Below are positions 35,129 through 48,546 of a stretch of DNA of 64,000 nucleotides, piece by piece. The stretch comes from Lingula anatina (Eukaryota > Animalia > Brachiopoda). Each line of letters starts with the position of its first letter. Position 1 is the first letter of the stretch. The stretch covers positions 24,140,534 through 24,204,533 of the forward strand of contig CM120644.1 in assembly GCA_051362555.1 (NCBI GenBank). The letters run 5' to 3'. The notes beneath the pieces were generated by a model. It was not told where the DNA came from and made no database searches. It was given only the letters and a program-made list of their open reading frames with translations. A program made the translations under genes and the position numbers.

Positions 35129-36768
35129 TTACAGTATGGAGCACTTGGACTTCTTACGTCTGGTTTTCCGCTTATTGTAATCGACAGGCTGGTTCCTGAA
35201 AATAGAAAACAATAAATCTACGCAGCTAAAGAAGCAGGCTATTGCAGGCTAAAAAAAAAACTGCTTTTCAATCATGCACCTTCACAATAAAAAAATCATT
35301 TAATTATTTTACTGATTTAACAATTATACAGTGATTTATAATCACTTTAACAGAGTTCAAGCAATCAGAGAGTGCAACCTCAGCCAAGACAAACACTTTT
35401 TTCTTTAAGGGATAATAACTCTTCGTATGAGATCTATATTTCTCAATAAAAACATTGTGAATAACTCATAGAAATATAATATATTCTGTTTTACAACAAA
35501 AACAGCAGTTATAGCTATTATTCTGATAACTGATCTTGTCTTCAGATCATGTGACCTCCATTGATGGCTGTACTCTGTTATAATCTCTTTAGAGATTTTA
35601 ACAAAAAAACAAGCTTTTTAGAAAAAAAGCAGGGACTAACTTTGAATGTAAAAATGGATTCATTAACCATTGGTAAGTATGGGAAAATTGTTGTTTACTC
35701 CAGGAAAATTCATTTTTTTGCCAAAACGAAGAGTTATTATCCCTTTTTATCCCAATTAACCATTAGACATTTAATTAATTTATCATAACACCTTACCTAA
35801 TAACTCTCACAACCTCATGGAAAGCAGCGTCTACATTGAGAGGAGGATCTTTAGCACTAGTCTCTATATACTGAACCTAACAAAAAACATAGTAAATAAT
35901 ATTGCACCTAAATGAACACTAGATTTTTATATTGGGTTTTATATACACACAAATAAAAATTACAAGACCAATTCTGCACAAATATATCCTAATTATTACA
36001 GCTTGCTTTAGATAACCAAAACCTATAAACACTTTTTCCAGAAATGTAAGTACTATAATCGATATATCTCAAATTGAGTATCATCAAATTTTGGAGAGGG
36101 AAGTCTTTCACCAATACAAAATTTTAAAATAATAATGAAAGTAAAAATCCAGTTAATGCAGTCTGTTAGTGCAGACTAATGACCTTACCACCAAATAAAG
36201 TGCAAGAACTCTCCCCCTCTCTCCTTCCTTTCTTTCTCTCTCTCTCTCTCACACACACACAACTAGGAGAACCTACACTACACATTTTACCCCAAAATGA
36301 AACATCAAATCTCCCCCTCCTTCTCTCTCACATGACAAGGAGAGCCCAGACTCCTAAATTTTACCACCTAGCTGAAGCGCCAGATATCTCCCCCTTCTCT
36401 CTCACACACAGGCACACATCCTAATCTTACCCCCAGCTGTATTGCCAGATCTCTCCCCTGCTCTCTCTCTCTCTCACACACACATCCTAATCTGACCCCC
36501 AGCTGTATTGCCAGATCTCTCCCCTGCTCTCTCTCTCTCACACACACACATACATCCTAATCTTACCCCCAGCTGTATTGCCAGGTCTCTCCCCTGCTCT
36601 CTCTCCCTCCCCTCTCTCTCTCACACACACATCCTAATCTTACCCCCAGCTGTATTGCCAGATCTCTCCCCTGCTCTCTCTCTCTCTCACACACACATCC
36701 TAATCTTACCCCCAGCTGTATTGCCAGGTTTCTCCCCTGCTCTCTCTCCCTCCCCTCTCTCTCTCCCT

Positions 36769-36817
<49 letters not shown>

Positions 36818-36871
36818 TCCTAATCTTACCCCCAGCTGTATTGCCAGGTCTCTCCCCTGCTCTCTCTCCCT

Positions 36872-36914
<43 letters not shown>

Positions 36915-37051
36915 TCCTAATCTTACCCCCAGCTGTATTGCCAGATCTCTCCCTTGCTCTCTCTCTCTCTCACACACACATCCTAATCTTACCCCCAGCT
37001 GTATTGCCAGGTCTCTCCCCTGCTCTCTCTCCCTCCCCTCTCTCTCTCCCT

Positions 37052-37092
<41 letters not shown>

Positions 37093-37265
37093 TCCTAATC
37101 TTACCCCCAGCTGTATTGCCAGGTCTCTCCCCTGCTCTCTCTCCCTCCCCTCTCTCTCTCCCTCCCCTCTCTCTCTCTCTCTCTCTCACACACATCCTAA
37201 TCTTACCCCCAGCTGTATTGCCAGGTCTCTCCCCTGCTCTCTCTCCCTCCCCTCTCTCTCTCCCT

Positions 37266-37312
<47 letters not shown>

Positions 37313-38908
37313 TCCTAATCTTACCCCCAACTGTATTGCCAGATCTCTCCCTTGCTCCTCTGGCACTTTCCTCAGATGAACCAGATCCACTTTGTTGGCT
37401 ACTAGCAACATGGGGTAGGAATCCCTGGAAGATAACAAACATATACTAAGACCCCATTTCCAGAGATTAGATCGATCTACTTTAGATCGACCTCACTCCC
37501 TGGGGGTTCACGCTACATAGCTGTCAGCCGAGCGGACACGAAAGTTAATTACCCTCTTACAGCTTGTAGTAGGCGGGACGGACATTTAAGCCGGATTATC
37601 TGACAGTAATCTAGTTAGACACCCCGCGGGGATAGATCGATCTAAAAGCTCTGGGAATACAGCCTAATACATAAGATTGACCCATTATGGCCAACTCAAT
37701 TTGGTACAAAACTGAGTCACTGTGGAAGTGTTCTCTTCACACATACACTGTACACATACTTTGTTCCCTACTAACAACATTGGGTAGAAATCCCTGGAAG
37801 ACAGCAAAACAATAATAATAATAATCAAGATTGATCCTCTGATTGATCAATGAATAAATGATCAAATGAATCAATAAATAATTGGTGATGACATTTAAAA
37901 TAGTAAGAAATGACCACATGAATGCTTGATTATGAATAATTTGAATATTTTAGTCTTTTTAGGCAGACCTTTTTAAAAAAATTAAAATAAATTCAAATTA
38001 ACCTAACATGTGCGCTCGCTACACTTCTCACCTGTCTTTCACCCTCAATATCTGTGTGTGGAAATTTCTAATATTCTCGTAGCTCTGTCTGTCAGTCACA
38101 GAGTAGACCAGTAGAAAGCCGTCTCCTTTCCTCATGTATTGCTCTCTCATCGCACTGAACTCTTCTTGACCTGCTGTGTCCAACACTGGAAGTGAAGAGA
38201 TTGTGTAACATATCACTATGATTGTGTTGGATGTGACTGGTAACTGTGGTAGGAGTTGCTAGTATTGTGTTAGGTGAGACAAGGATTGCCTTAGGTGTGA
38301 CTGGTATTGTGCTAGGACTTATGGGCATTGTGTTTGGTGTGAAAATCATTTTTGTTGGGTGTGACAAGCATTGTTTGTTGTGACAGACAATGGTGTGACA
38401 TGCATTTTGTAAAGAAATTATAATCCTTTAACATTAATTCCAGCCCCAACCTCCCTGCCCACCCCACTTTAATAAAATCTTAATTGAATTCTGAACATTC
38501 ACCACACACAAACATGAGCATACAAATGCACGTTTGCATAGAAAAGACAGTCGTGAGAATGAATGGGCAAATGACTGTTTTGCAAAATTTCACTTGCCTT
38601 TCAAAAATACGTGCAGCACATCTGTCATTTTACACAGTAATTGTTTCTATAGCTAACTAGTATGTATACACACTCTGCAGTGTAAAATGTCCATCCCCAC
38701 ATGTTATTACGGGCAACTCACCGTCCAATATGCACCATTCCCCGTCTATCTCCGTGTGCTGGATGTACGAGTCTTCTATCGTCGGGTCGTAGTCCTGTAC
38801 GAACATCTTCTGGAAAAACTGAATGGTTAAAGCGCTCTTGCCGACGCCCCCGTCCCCGACTACCACCAATTTGTACGTCGTGACGATCTCGTTGGGTGGT
38901 TTGGACAT
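35129..38908 (-). CDS. MRAS: Ras-related protein M-Ras (R-Ras3); exons 38908-38722, 38185-38032, 37424-37325, 35876-35797, 35195-35129; 195 aa
   Basis: G1 GDGGVGKS, effector [10 protein letters not shown]3 DTAGQEE, G4 NKVD, G5 [12 protein letters not shown] (the DPP insert is M-Ras-typical), polybasic tail and CAAX CSIL. All introns are GT-AG with compatible phases. Confidence 0.95.
35408..35744. mobile_element. Kolobok-like MITE copy 2 (MRAS intron 4)
   Basis: Same TIRs and body as 28360-28696. Confidence 0.88.
36415..37355 (-). repeat. Tandem array of the MRAS exon 3 / intron 3 junction interleaved with (GA)n/(GT)n
   Basis: Ten extra copies of gagcaggggagaga(t/c)ctggcaatacagctgggg|gtaagattaggatgtgtgtg next to the true junction at 37325. 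Confidence 0.95.
37449..37664. mobile_element. Short MITE (Tourist/Harbinger-like) in MRAS intron 2
   Basis: Imperfect TIR ttccagagattagatcgatcta...tagatcgatctaaaagctctgggaa with TAA at both ends. Confidence 0.6.
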
Positions 38909-39265
38909 CGTGTGTGTTGTGTTGAGTCCTTCACGTTCGTTGTTACTTTTAATACCGGACTGAAACGCTTCGATCAGTCTTCAGAGGCCGGTTTTGCTTC
39001 AATCCGCCGCCAGACAGAAAAAAACTCTCGATGGCGACCTTCACCTTGATGTCTGTAATATGAACGTCAAACAATTCTCACTTAGCTAACATACGCACGG
39101 TGCAGTAGAACTTACAACAAAAAGGATATCTTATCTATTTGCACATAAAGAAGTTATTGCCGCAATCAGTGGGCTGAACGTACCTGTGTGACGCTCACAT
39201 GGCCTTTAGTACTGTTATTGATATGGTCCGGCTTTAAAGTACCTGCTATAAATAACTCGTGATAT

Positions 39266-39292
39266 GATTGGCTGAAACTGCATGTGACGTAA
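39266..39292 (-). promoter_or_regulatory. CCAAT box and CRE-like site in the putative MRAS promoter
   Basis: agCCAATc on the minus strand and TGACGTAA, ~360 bp upstream of the ATG. Confidence 0.35.
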
Positions 39293-39555
39293 ATGTAATA
39301 TAAAATAAGCATTTTAAACAGAGCAACGCAAATAATAGTCGGAATATTGACATTATTGTTTGCTCTTTTTCTTTGGGTGATATATGTAACTGCAAACAAT
39401 GTCAGCTGACAATGAATTATTTTTAGATGTTATTTAAAATACACAGATTAAATGAGAGCAGCAATTGCGTGGTGTCGCATCTAACACACTCCGTCTTATA
39501 AAGACCCAGGTGCTACATCTCTTTGGAGAAGAGAGGAAAATATGTGATCTAAAGT

Positions 39556-39607
<52 letters not shown>

Positions 39608-39802
39608 TTACTTACCGTTAATATATAAATTGTACAGAGGTAAATTTAATTTGCACCTAGTCCATAAACATGTCATTTCGTAGTAGGCCTACATGAAGGT
39701 CCAACTGGTATGTTTAAGTTATAAACACAACTCAGCGACAACTACATGTGGCAAAACACTGGGAGAGCACACGACTGTGCAAGTAATGGTAGAGGTTGGA
39801 TA

Positions 39803-39836
<34 letters not shown>

Positions 39837-41343
39837 GGGGGGGGGTTCTTTAATTAACCAATTTTAATAAATAAATAAATTTTGATTAATCAGTTTATGT
39901 AGTAATCAATTAATGGATCACCACCGTTTCTGTAACTAACCGACAAGGTATAACTCCTCGAACAAACAAACCAGCTAAGACAAAGCCATATTTGGAGGAG
40001 ACAACAAAGAAAATACTTTTGTATTTCATGACCTTGTTCCGTCAGAGGTTACTTCCACAGAATATGAAGAAACAGTTTCTACAAATTAAGACGCAAGTTC
40101 AACGTAAAAAGAGCTTCATGGCTAGACAGGCACATGTAACCTGTAAAAGTCACTGGCTACTTCAAATATCTAGGGAATTCGTGTCCCCCCCCCCCCCCCT
40201 TCGTCCAGAAAAAAAAATCTCGGCCATTTCACCCAATTTCCCGTGGAAAAAAAAAAGAAAAGAAAAAAAAAGGAAAAAAGAAAAAAAAACGAGGAAACTA
40301 CTCTTATTTTTTCTGAACACGTCACTGGGCGAATTATTGGTATTATTGTCAGGTCGCTGACTCCATAAAACTTGCCAAATCATCCCTATTTATTCATCAA
40401 ACTCATTCAAAGCTCTGATAAGAGTATTTTCTGAAACTAGGTGATGCCCAATGGCATGCTTTCACCGCCCCTCGCCCTTACGTGCCCCTGGCCTGATCCC
40501 GGATTCCGATGTTTTTTAGCAACTTATGAGGTTGATTACATCTCAACATGGGACATCAAAGTCACTCAGGGCCTAATGGCAGTCCGTCACAAAATTTAAT
40601 TTTTTTCTTTCTTTTTTATCTTAAGATGAAAGTTCACCACATGCCCCTGAAGTGTATCCCGGAGTGGCCGAATTCGTGGGCTTGGTGAAAAAATATTTGA
40701 AGCGAATCGGTGACTCTCTCTCTTTCTCTCTCAAACACAAATACTCTCTCTCTCTCTCTCTCAGATACAAATTCTCTCCCTCTCCCTCTCAAAAACCTTA
40801 ATTTCTTATTTTTCATCATTGCCCCAAAGCCTTAATGCTGGTCCCATTAACTTGTAGACAGTGCCACAACGATGTGATTACATCGGATTAAATAAATACA
40901 TGTGATATTCATGATATTGTTCGCGGTGAATTCTTCAACAACGCCTCTTCCTTTAAATTTCAAATTCATGTGAGTGCAAGGCAACGTGCTTCAGATTAAT
41001 AAAGATAGCAATTCAAAAAGCGTTCTTTAAGTGGTGCAAATTATGGTAAACCACCTTCTATTTTTCTCCTTTCTGGTCCTTTGTAAGTGGGGGGTTTAGG
41101 AAAACAGCGATGACTATCATGATAAAATCGCTTGAATCATCTCCCGTGTCCAGGCGCATACATTAGAGTTAACTAGCTCTTCGGGGTGCAGACGACAAAG
41201 CTGAGGCAGGGGACGACGCTGGCAGGAGATCTGAGAAGAGCGCAGACGATATATTTTTCTTTTCTAAGACACTCCAAATATTCCACTGAAGTATACGCAT
41301 GCTGTTTCGGTGACACTATTACAACTTAAACGGTGACCCAGAG

Positions 41344-44300
41344 ATGGAATACTGCAGCAGGGACGCCATGAGTCTTGCAGTTTTAATTTGTTTAAGCGCC
41401 GTGGCTACAGGTAAGTGATAGTGATATACATTCTGATGAAAATGCAGTAGATCATTTTGAAACGGTTTTCAATTTCGGAACAGTTAGCAGGGTCTTGGAT
41501 GGCGTGTTTTGATTTTTATATCCGAGAGGGTTTTATGTACATAAAAGAGTTGCTCCACTCTAAATAACCGAACAATACGTGTAAATTTAAGTCACAGACT
41601 TTAAAAATACCAGGCAAAAAAAGTACTCTAAATGGAAAATTTCAATTATCTGGACAGAGCAAAGAGACCAACATGCGTCCAACTTGTATCTCTATTTTCT
41701 TAATTAATCTGACCGACAAGTACGACATTTTCGCGCTGGTTTTAAGTATGGTGTTTCCTCCACAAGGCAATGCGTCTCACGTACAATGCCATGCTGGAGT
41801 GATTTTGTCAAGTCATTTCCTCGTTCGTGTCACAATGTTGTCAACAAGGGTTAACATTTTACAATCATTCTCAACTTCACCAAACCACCCAATGAATGAG
41901 ACTACATAATCGTTACTAAATATTCTACTGTTTACGAAATTCAATTTATTTATTCATCAATTTATTAAGATTTCCATTCAGACAAAATATACTTTATGAA
42001 TACTTATAGTTTGAAGTTTTATGTAACAAACCACAGAGCACACATTTCTTTCGTGTGTGTTCAGGTGGAAAACTATACTGGACATTTGACCATGATGCTG
42101 CATCCTTGGTCATAAAGTTTTTTTTTATTGGAAAAATACCTTGCCGCTAAATGTTGAAATCATTGTGCAAATTGATAGATAAGAACAAAAATCATTATAT
42201 TATAACACGCACATTTTATCAAAATTCATTTCCAATTCTTTTATTCAACTGTTTCTTTCTAAGTTATTCCATTTATGAATTTTGCGTGATATAGATGTCA
42301 AATATAAAACAACTGTCTCGTTTAAGTCTGTAGTATTCATCTGATAAATTCAGGGGTAATACTGATGACCTCTCTAAGATCACAGCCAGAACTTGAGTCT
42401 GAAGTTTAACATTTTATGGAAAGGTTATCAAAATCTCAACTTTTAAATATATAGACTCTTACATTTGCGTCGTCGAAGTCCGTTACTTTGATGACCCCTC
42501 TTCGGATTAAGACCCCCGCCAGCGTCTGGGCACTGCCCAATAATTACACGGCCATCTGAAATGTAAACACCAGCGAAATTACACGAATTAAAACTTCTCC
42601 TGCAGAGATATGCGCGCGGATATACAAATATCTTAGAATGAAATTTCTTGAAGTGCATATGATATTATAGTAGTTTAAAACGCAGGTGAGCTTTTATGCA
42701 TAAAATCAGTTAGGAAATCCAAGCTTGAACGCATTTCGCATACATTTTAGGTCGGGTAATTTTATTGATTAAAAAGTCACTTTGCAGGTTTATTTGAAGT
42801 GATATTCCAAGTACGCATACCAAAGCTGTCATCACTGAGTCAAGTGGTAGTTGATGTAGATGTCATTCATTAAACACGATATTACATTCAGCTAATACAG
42901 GCGACTGAATTTCGTTTAACGCACAAGGCAGGTGAATTGTTCTGGTCACGCTATGCCATAAATTAAAGCGGAGTAGGAGAAATTTACCTGGTTGATACAA
43001 CCTTTAAATAAAAACAGACCTGGGTAAACTATTTTTCTATTCCAGTACATTTAAAACACGAGGTAATTCCTAAATGGGGTAATTTAAACATTACACTTTA
43101 GGATAAGTTTTCTTGTTTTCTTCCCAAAAAATTTAAGAATGACGAGATGGAAAGACCCAAGGAATAATTACAGTTGATTGCAACAGCGAGATTAAACCGG
43201 TAAATCAGTCCACGTAGCGGGAATAAAGATGTAGTGATGGGAGAGATAGTGTTGAACATGACACTGTGGTCAACGTGACAAGTGACGTCGCTCTTAAGTC
43301 GTTATCACAGGCGTTATATATGGCGCCGTTTGAAGAATATACCTGTATTTATGTTAGGAATTATGAAATAGGTTTTATATGACGCAGTTCGAATAATTAA
43401 CTTGTTTAAGGAACTATGAAACAAAATTATTATGTAAACTTGTCCAAATTTGCTTATAATATATTTTTTGTTCATTTATTTATATATTCTTTCCATCAGT
43501 CATATATTCATCTATATAAATTAATCTGTTCACTTATTAAACAAGTAATTTGTTCGTTCATTTTTTTTTTCAAATTTTTATCCTTTAAACCGATCAGCCG
43601 ACAAGCAGATAAAATGCTGCAGTATATCTAAGTAGCATAATAACAATCCGCCCATCAAGAAATGTCCCCATCTCCTTATCAGTTCATAATGCGTTTTTGA
43701 TGGTCTCAATTTTACGAAAATCATTTGTAACACTTTATATCAGTATTAAGTTCAACTATTTTTTTTGCACTCTGTAACTCGGCAGTAGCACTCGTTGTTC
43801 AAGTATGAATATTTTCTGACAGTCTTCTAAATTATCTTTGTTGTTCCACCCTCCATTTTTGAAAAATTTTTGTAAATTTGAAAAATTCTGACCGTCTTCC
43901 GGACGAGCCTCCCCCTCCCCTTTCATATAACGCCGTTGTTTTCTAGATGTACAGAAAGACAGTAATCGACTGCATTGTATAAAACGAACGACAACAGAAT
44001 AGCACGTTGACAAAATGTATCTCTGAACTAAGACTGAAGGGTCACATCTCCAAGAGATAAACGGAGCGGTCAAGCGTTCACCAGGATATCGTCACGCCTT
44101 TGGCTCTAAATATTATCGTCTGCCTGTTGGAGAGAGACCACAGAATGTTGTGACCAGTATGTAATGCAGGTGTTGTTTCACACACTTGTCTCAAGAAAGA
44201 TACAGAGACTGTCAGTAATTATCTCGAATAGAAGACAGATAACAAACACGCGTGTTGGAATGCGTGGTTTCTGCATGGAGTTGGACATTTTCAGAATATT

Positions 44301-47300
44301 TTCAAAATAACTGTAATGTGAAGATATTCAAATTTATGGATGTTTTGGTAGGCTACAATCTTTACAAGCACGGACTGATACGTGATTTTGATGGCTTGTT
44401 TAATATAAAGTAAACTGCAGAGCAGATAAGTTTCTATAAATGAAAACATATAAAACAGTACAAATGGAGCGGTGAAGACTAAAAGAAACTTGGTTTTGGT
44501 GACACAGACTGAATTTTGCGTGTTTTCATTTCTGTGCCTCCAATTCCTCAAGTCTTTCATGTCTTGGGACAATCTAGATTCCAATCAGGACATATCTTGA
44601 TAAATGATTGGGCTCATCATAAAACAAGGAATTTAATCTCAGATGGATATGGTCGATTTGGGGCAGTAAAATATAATACGGGAGGGATAATTGATAGTTT
44701 TGGAAAATTGGGAATGATTTCCAGCTCTCTCGGATGTCATGCCACGGTTATGACTCTGGTTTTATTTTTGGAAGTGACCAAAATAACGGGGGAACTATGT
44801 TATTGGCCAAACATTTGAAAATAGAGGTCTTTTGACAAAGAGGACTTTTGATGCGATTTATCTCATATTTTCTAAACGTGTAGCGATCCCATGAGCGAAC
44901 TAAAAGAAATGATAAACGCAGACCACGCGTTCATTTATTGTTTGATCTTCTCCAACATAAATATGTTTAAAATATGTCATGCACTACAGTTAAAATTAGA
45001 GATCCTTTTCCATCCTAAAGTATACACTAATTTCTAAAATCTTTGACATATGTTTTTTTGGCGACAACGCTTACACTGTAACAGGTGGAAATATAAAAAT
45101 CTCCAAATATGCAATATTGTATAGCCTCTATTTTTCGGACAGGAAGCTCTCTTCTAAAATAAAATATAACTCATTTCTCTCTTACAACTATCATAAATAT
45201 AAACCATTCCTCTCTTACAACTACCATGGATTTTTCATCTACTAAAAGGTGAAAAAATAAAAAACCCGTAATTCAAATTTTACCAGATAATCTTGATGAA
45301 ATCCGATATGTGTGCAATATGGATAAGGTTGAAAAGTTAAGTAACCTCCGTGCAAACGATCCGTATCTCAGGGTGACAGAGAGCTTAATTAAGGGTAATA
45401 TATGCGTCTATTCCCATCAAGTTATCAGAACCGTGGTCTCCTACTAAGAGAGCTATTAATCGCTCAGGTACCGCTAAATGATGTCATGAGGTCGTCATAC
45501 AAACAGTTTTTACTGTCGCATTTGATGGGACATGATTTCCTTGTCACGAGAGGCGCTGGAGCGTGGTTTGTATCCTGATGTTGTAACCGCATGTACATGT
45601 ACATTGATCTACGCGTGTAATTATAGTTGACAGAGTAATCACCTTACGAACACACGCACACATACCTGAACCTTGCCCATTAGACTCAAAATATCTCAAG
45701 GCTGAAAATGCAATATCGTTCAAAGCAGGTTCTCATGTGTGCATTTTTTCTTGTAGTTAAAATTTATGTTTGCGTTCGATAATACAAATTAAATAAAAAG
45801 ATGGGTTTAAAAGTTAAGGTTCCCGGTAACCATGTTGTTAATTATGAAGATAAGGAATGACATTTGTTCCAGTAAGTGTCATCAGCTTGTTATACAGGTA
45901 CTTGTCATATCCAACAACCTACCAGTATCTTGCTTGTGGCCGAGTTTAATCACCTTTTTAGGAGGTCGTTTTCAGAACACGGAACTACCTTTGTATATCT
46001 TGTTTGAAAATAATTTAATTATTGTGTTTATAATGGTACTGGTACGTTTAAAAGTTGGCTGTCTGTGCGACTTTTATTTGTGTGCTATAGGGTAGTTTGA
46101 TGCGTTCCCAGTAGAAAGAAACGTAAGTAAACCAGTCAATTTAACTAATAAATAACTATCAATGTACATATAAATGCAATACGGGAAGTAATTTTAATTT
46201 TGTTTCAGTTAAGATAGGTTAATCGGCACATCGAAAATTTGTGTGGATAATATTTCATTATCTATTCATAATTACCGTGTTTGGTCAGAATATTTAATAT
46301 TTAATTTATTTAACCTGGAGTACCATGCATGCTACCACTCTTGACTTTTATCTCCCTTTCGTGATAAAAAACAACCACTTTTCACCTTAAAGTTCACGAG
46401 GAGTTTCATGGTCGAAATATGACGGTCATCGTCTGTCTTGAGGCATTTTAAAACCCCATATTCCTTTGTGTGGACTCTTTGAAGTCATAATTACTTTCAC
46501 ACCTAAGCTTAAGGTGAGCATTAGCACAAACACTTCTATTTAACATTGATTAGCGTTATAATACAGCACAATGACAATCAGATATTTGGTTTTCTTGATA
46601 AACTAATACTTTTGTTATGGTACCCGGGGACAGGGGTTCCTCTTTCCTTTAGAAATTTCCACTTACTTCCCCTTATCCCCCACAAAATACAGTACAACTG
46701 GCTAAACCAGACAAAACCAAGCGGACCGTTTTGTTCTGTGTTTTACATAATACTGGCGGTAATATATGCAAGTCGACCTCATTTACTATTTTATGTTTTT
46801 TTCGTCACTTTTGCCCCTTTCTCCCTTTTAAGCCAAATTCTGGATTCGTAGTGATTCCTACATGAATACTGGTAGATTGTCAGTATTTCATGAAAGTGCC
46901 TGTGTAGAGGCATCATTCTCTTTCAAATTTCACAAACCATTTCCAAATTCAGTTTCATGGGAAGATTGATAGTTATTTTGAAGCAGAGCTCTTCAAAATT
47001 TCTCAGGAAGATGGCAAAACTCCTAATTTAAGTGCAACTGCAAAAACAAATAACAGGCTTCTTATAATGGGCAGAGCAGTTACAACTGTTTTGTGGGGTC
47101 TAAGGTTATTTATAAACCTACCAAACAATTTAGAAGAAATAAAAATCCCCCTTTGAAAGCGACACTATAATCATGGTCATGTTTTCTGGATTTAACCTGT
47201 AATATGTAAATCTCATTGAAACCATTACAAGTACCACTGACCACAAATAAGTTTATTTTTGAATCAAATAGATTTTAAATATATCACTGAGCAAAATATG

Positions 47301-47444
47301 GAAATGGATTTCCTTTATTTGTAGTCATTTCGTCTAGGTTGCGTGTACCACCTCGTGTTTCTCGTGCATTTTCCTACCGCGAAGACCCTTGCGTAATTTA
47401 AAACTTCGTGTTACTTTAAAAATGCAGTTTTATCGATGATGGTA

Positions 47445-47491
<47 letters not shown>

Positions 47492-48514
47492 TGATAATAA
47501 TGATGATAATAATAATAATAATAATAATGATGATAATAATGATGATAATAATAATAATAATAATAATGATGATAATAATGATGATGATAGTAATAACACT
47601 TGGAGTCATATGAGAATAGTTGAGCTGAAATAGAAAATAAAGCAAATTAACAATAAATAAGGGGGGGGGGGACGTTATAATTTGAAAAACCCAATGTTCC
47701 TCTTTCGTGTCTTTGTGAGGGAATTCACCAAATATACCTGAAACACCAGATTGATGGTGCTCGTTGTAACAATGACAAGAGTCATGCCATTGTTACCATG
47801 GTGACGACTCCACGTGGCTCATATTGTGATCGGATGGACAGATATGGCCAGTCCTGTATTTGTAATTAACATATTTTTTTTTTCATATGGTAACAATGCA
47901 AGTTTGTCATATGACGATGTGAAAAAAGACATTGCCGTTAACAACGTCCGATTTTGTAACACATGGTGAATTATGTGTCTTCTTCAAGCAAGTCGAAGCT
48001 CGAAATGGCAGTAAAAATGTGAACAATCGTGATAATTTGGCATCATTATGGACAAGATAAAGTAATATTCGGCGGTAACATACAAGTAACTGTACTTGTA
48101 CTGTTATTGAAGTGTAATCAAGAAACATTTTATTGTACACATACTTTTCAAACTGTCAACTTTCGACGGTAAGCTTTTTTTTTTTTTTTAATCTGAAAGA
48201 AAAATTTGCAAAAAGTTGACGATAAAGTATTCAATCACGCAACTGCGGGAACATATTTTCATATCTACGTACTTCCACCTGTTTTGTTGCATAGAGTTGT
48301 GTTATCAGTGACCTATGACATCGATCTTTCAATTATGTTTTTAGTCATACAAGGAGCGTCACACCTTTATATAGCAAAACACATATGATGACATAAAAAT
48401 GAATAAAGGGATAACAACTTCATTTTGACCAAAAATGTTTTTCCTAGGGTAAACGACACTTTCCCATACATAAAAATGGTTAATGGATCTGTTCCGACAG
48501 TAAAAAGAAGCCTT

Positions 48515-48546
<32 letters not shown>

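Noticed and set aside
36508-37379. ORFs rich in SLSL/ERER
   Set aside because: Translations of microsatellite-containing intronic repeats.
40634-40700. HEFGH motif in a minus-strand ORF suggesting a zinc metalloprotease
   Set aside because: Spacing does not fit HExxHxxGxxH, a stop follows quickly, and the upstream sequence is microsatellite.
47411-47645. Poly-Asn/Ile/Leu ORFs
   Set aside because: Trinucleotide microsatellite in an intron.
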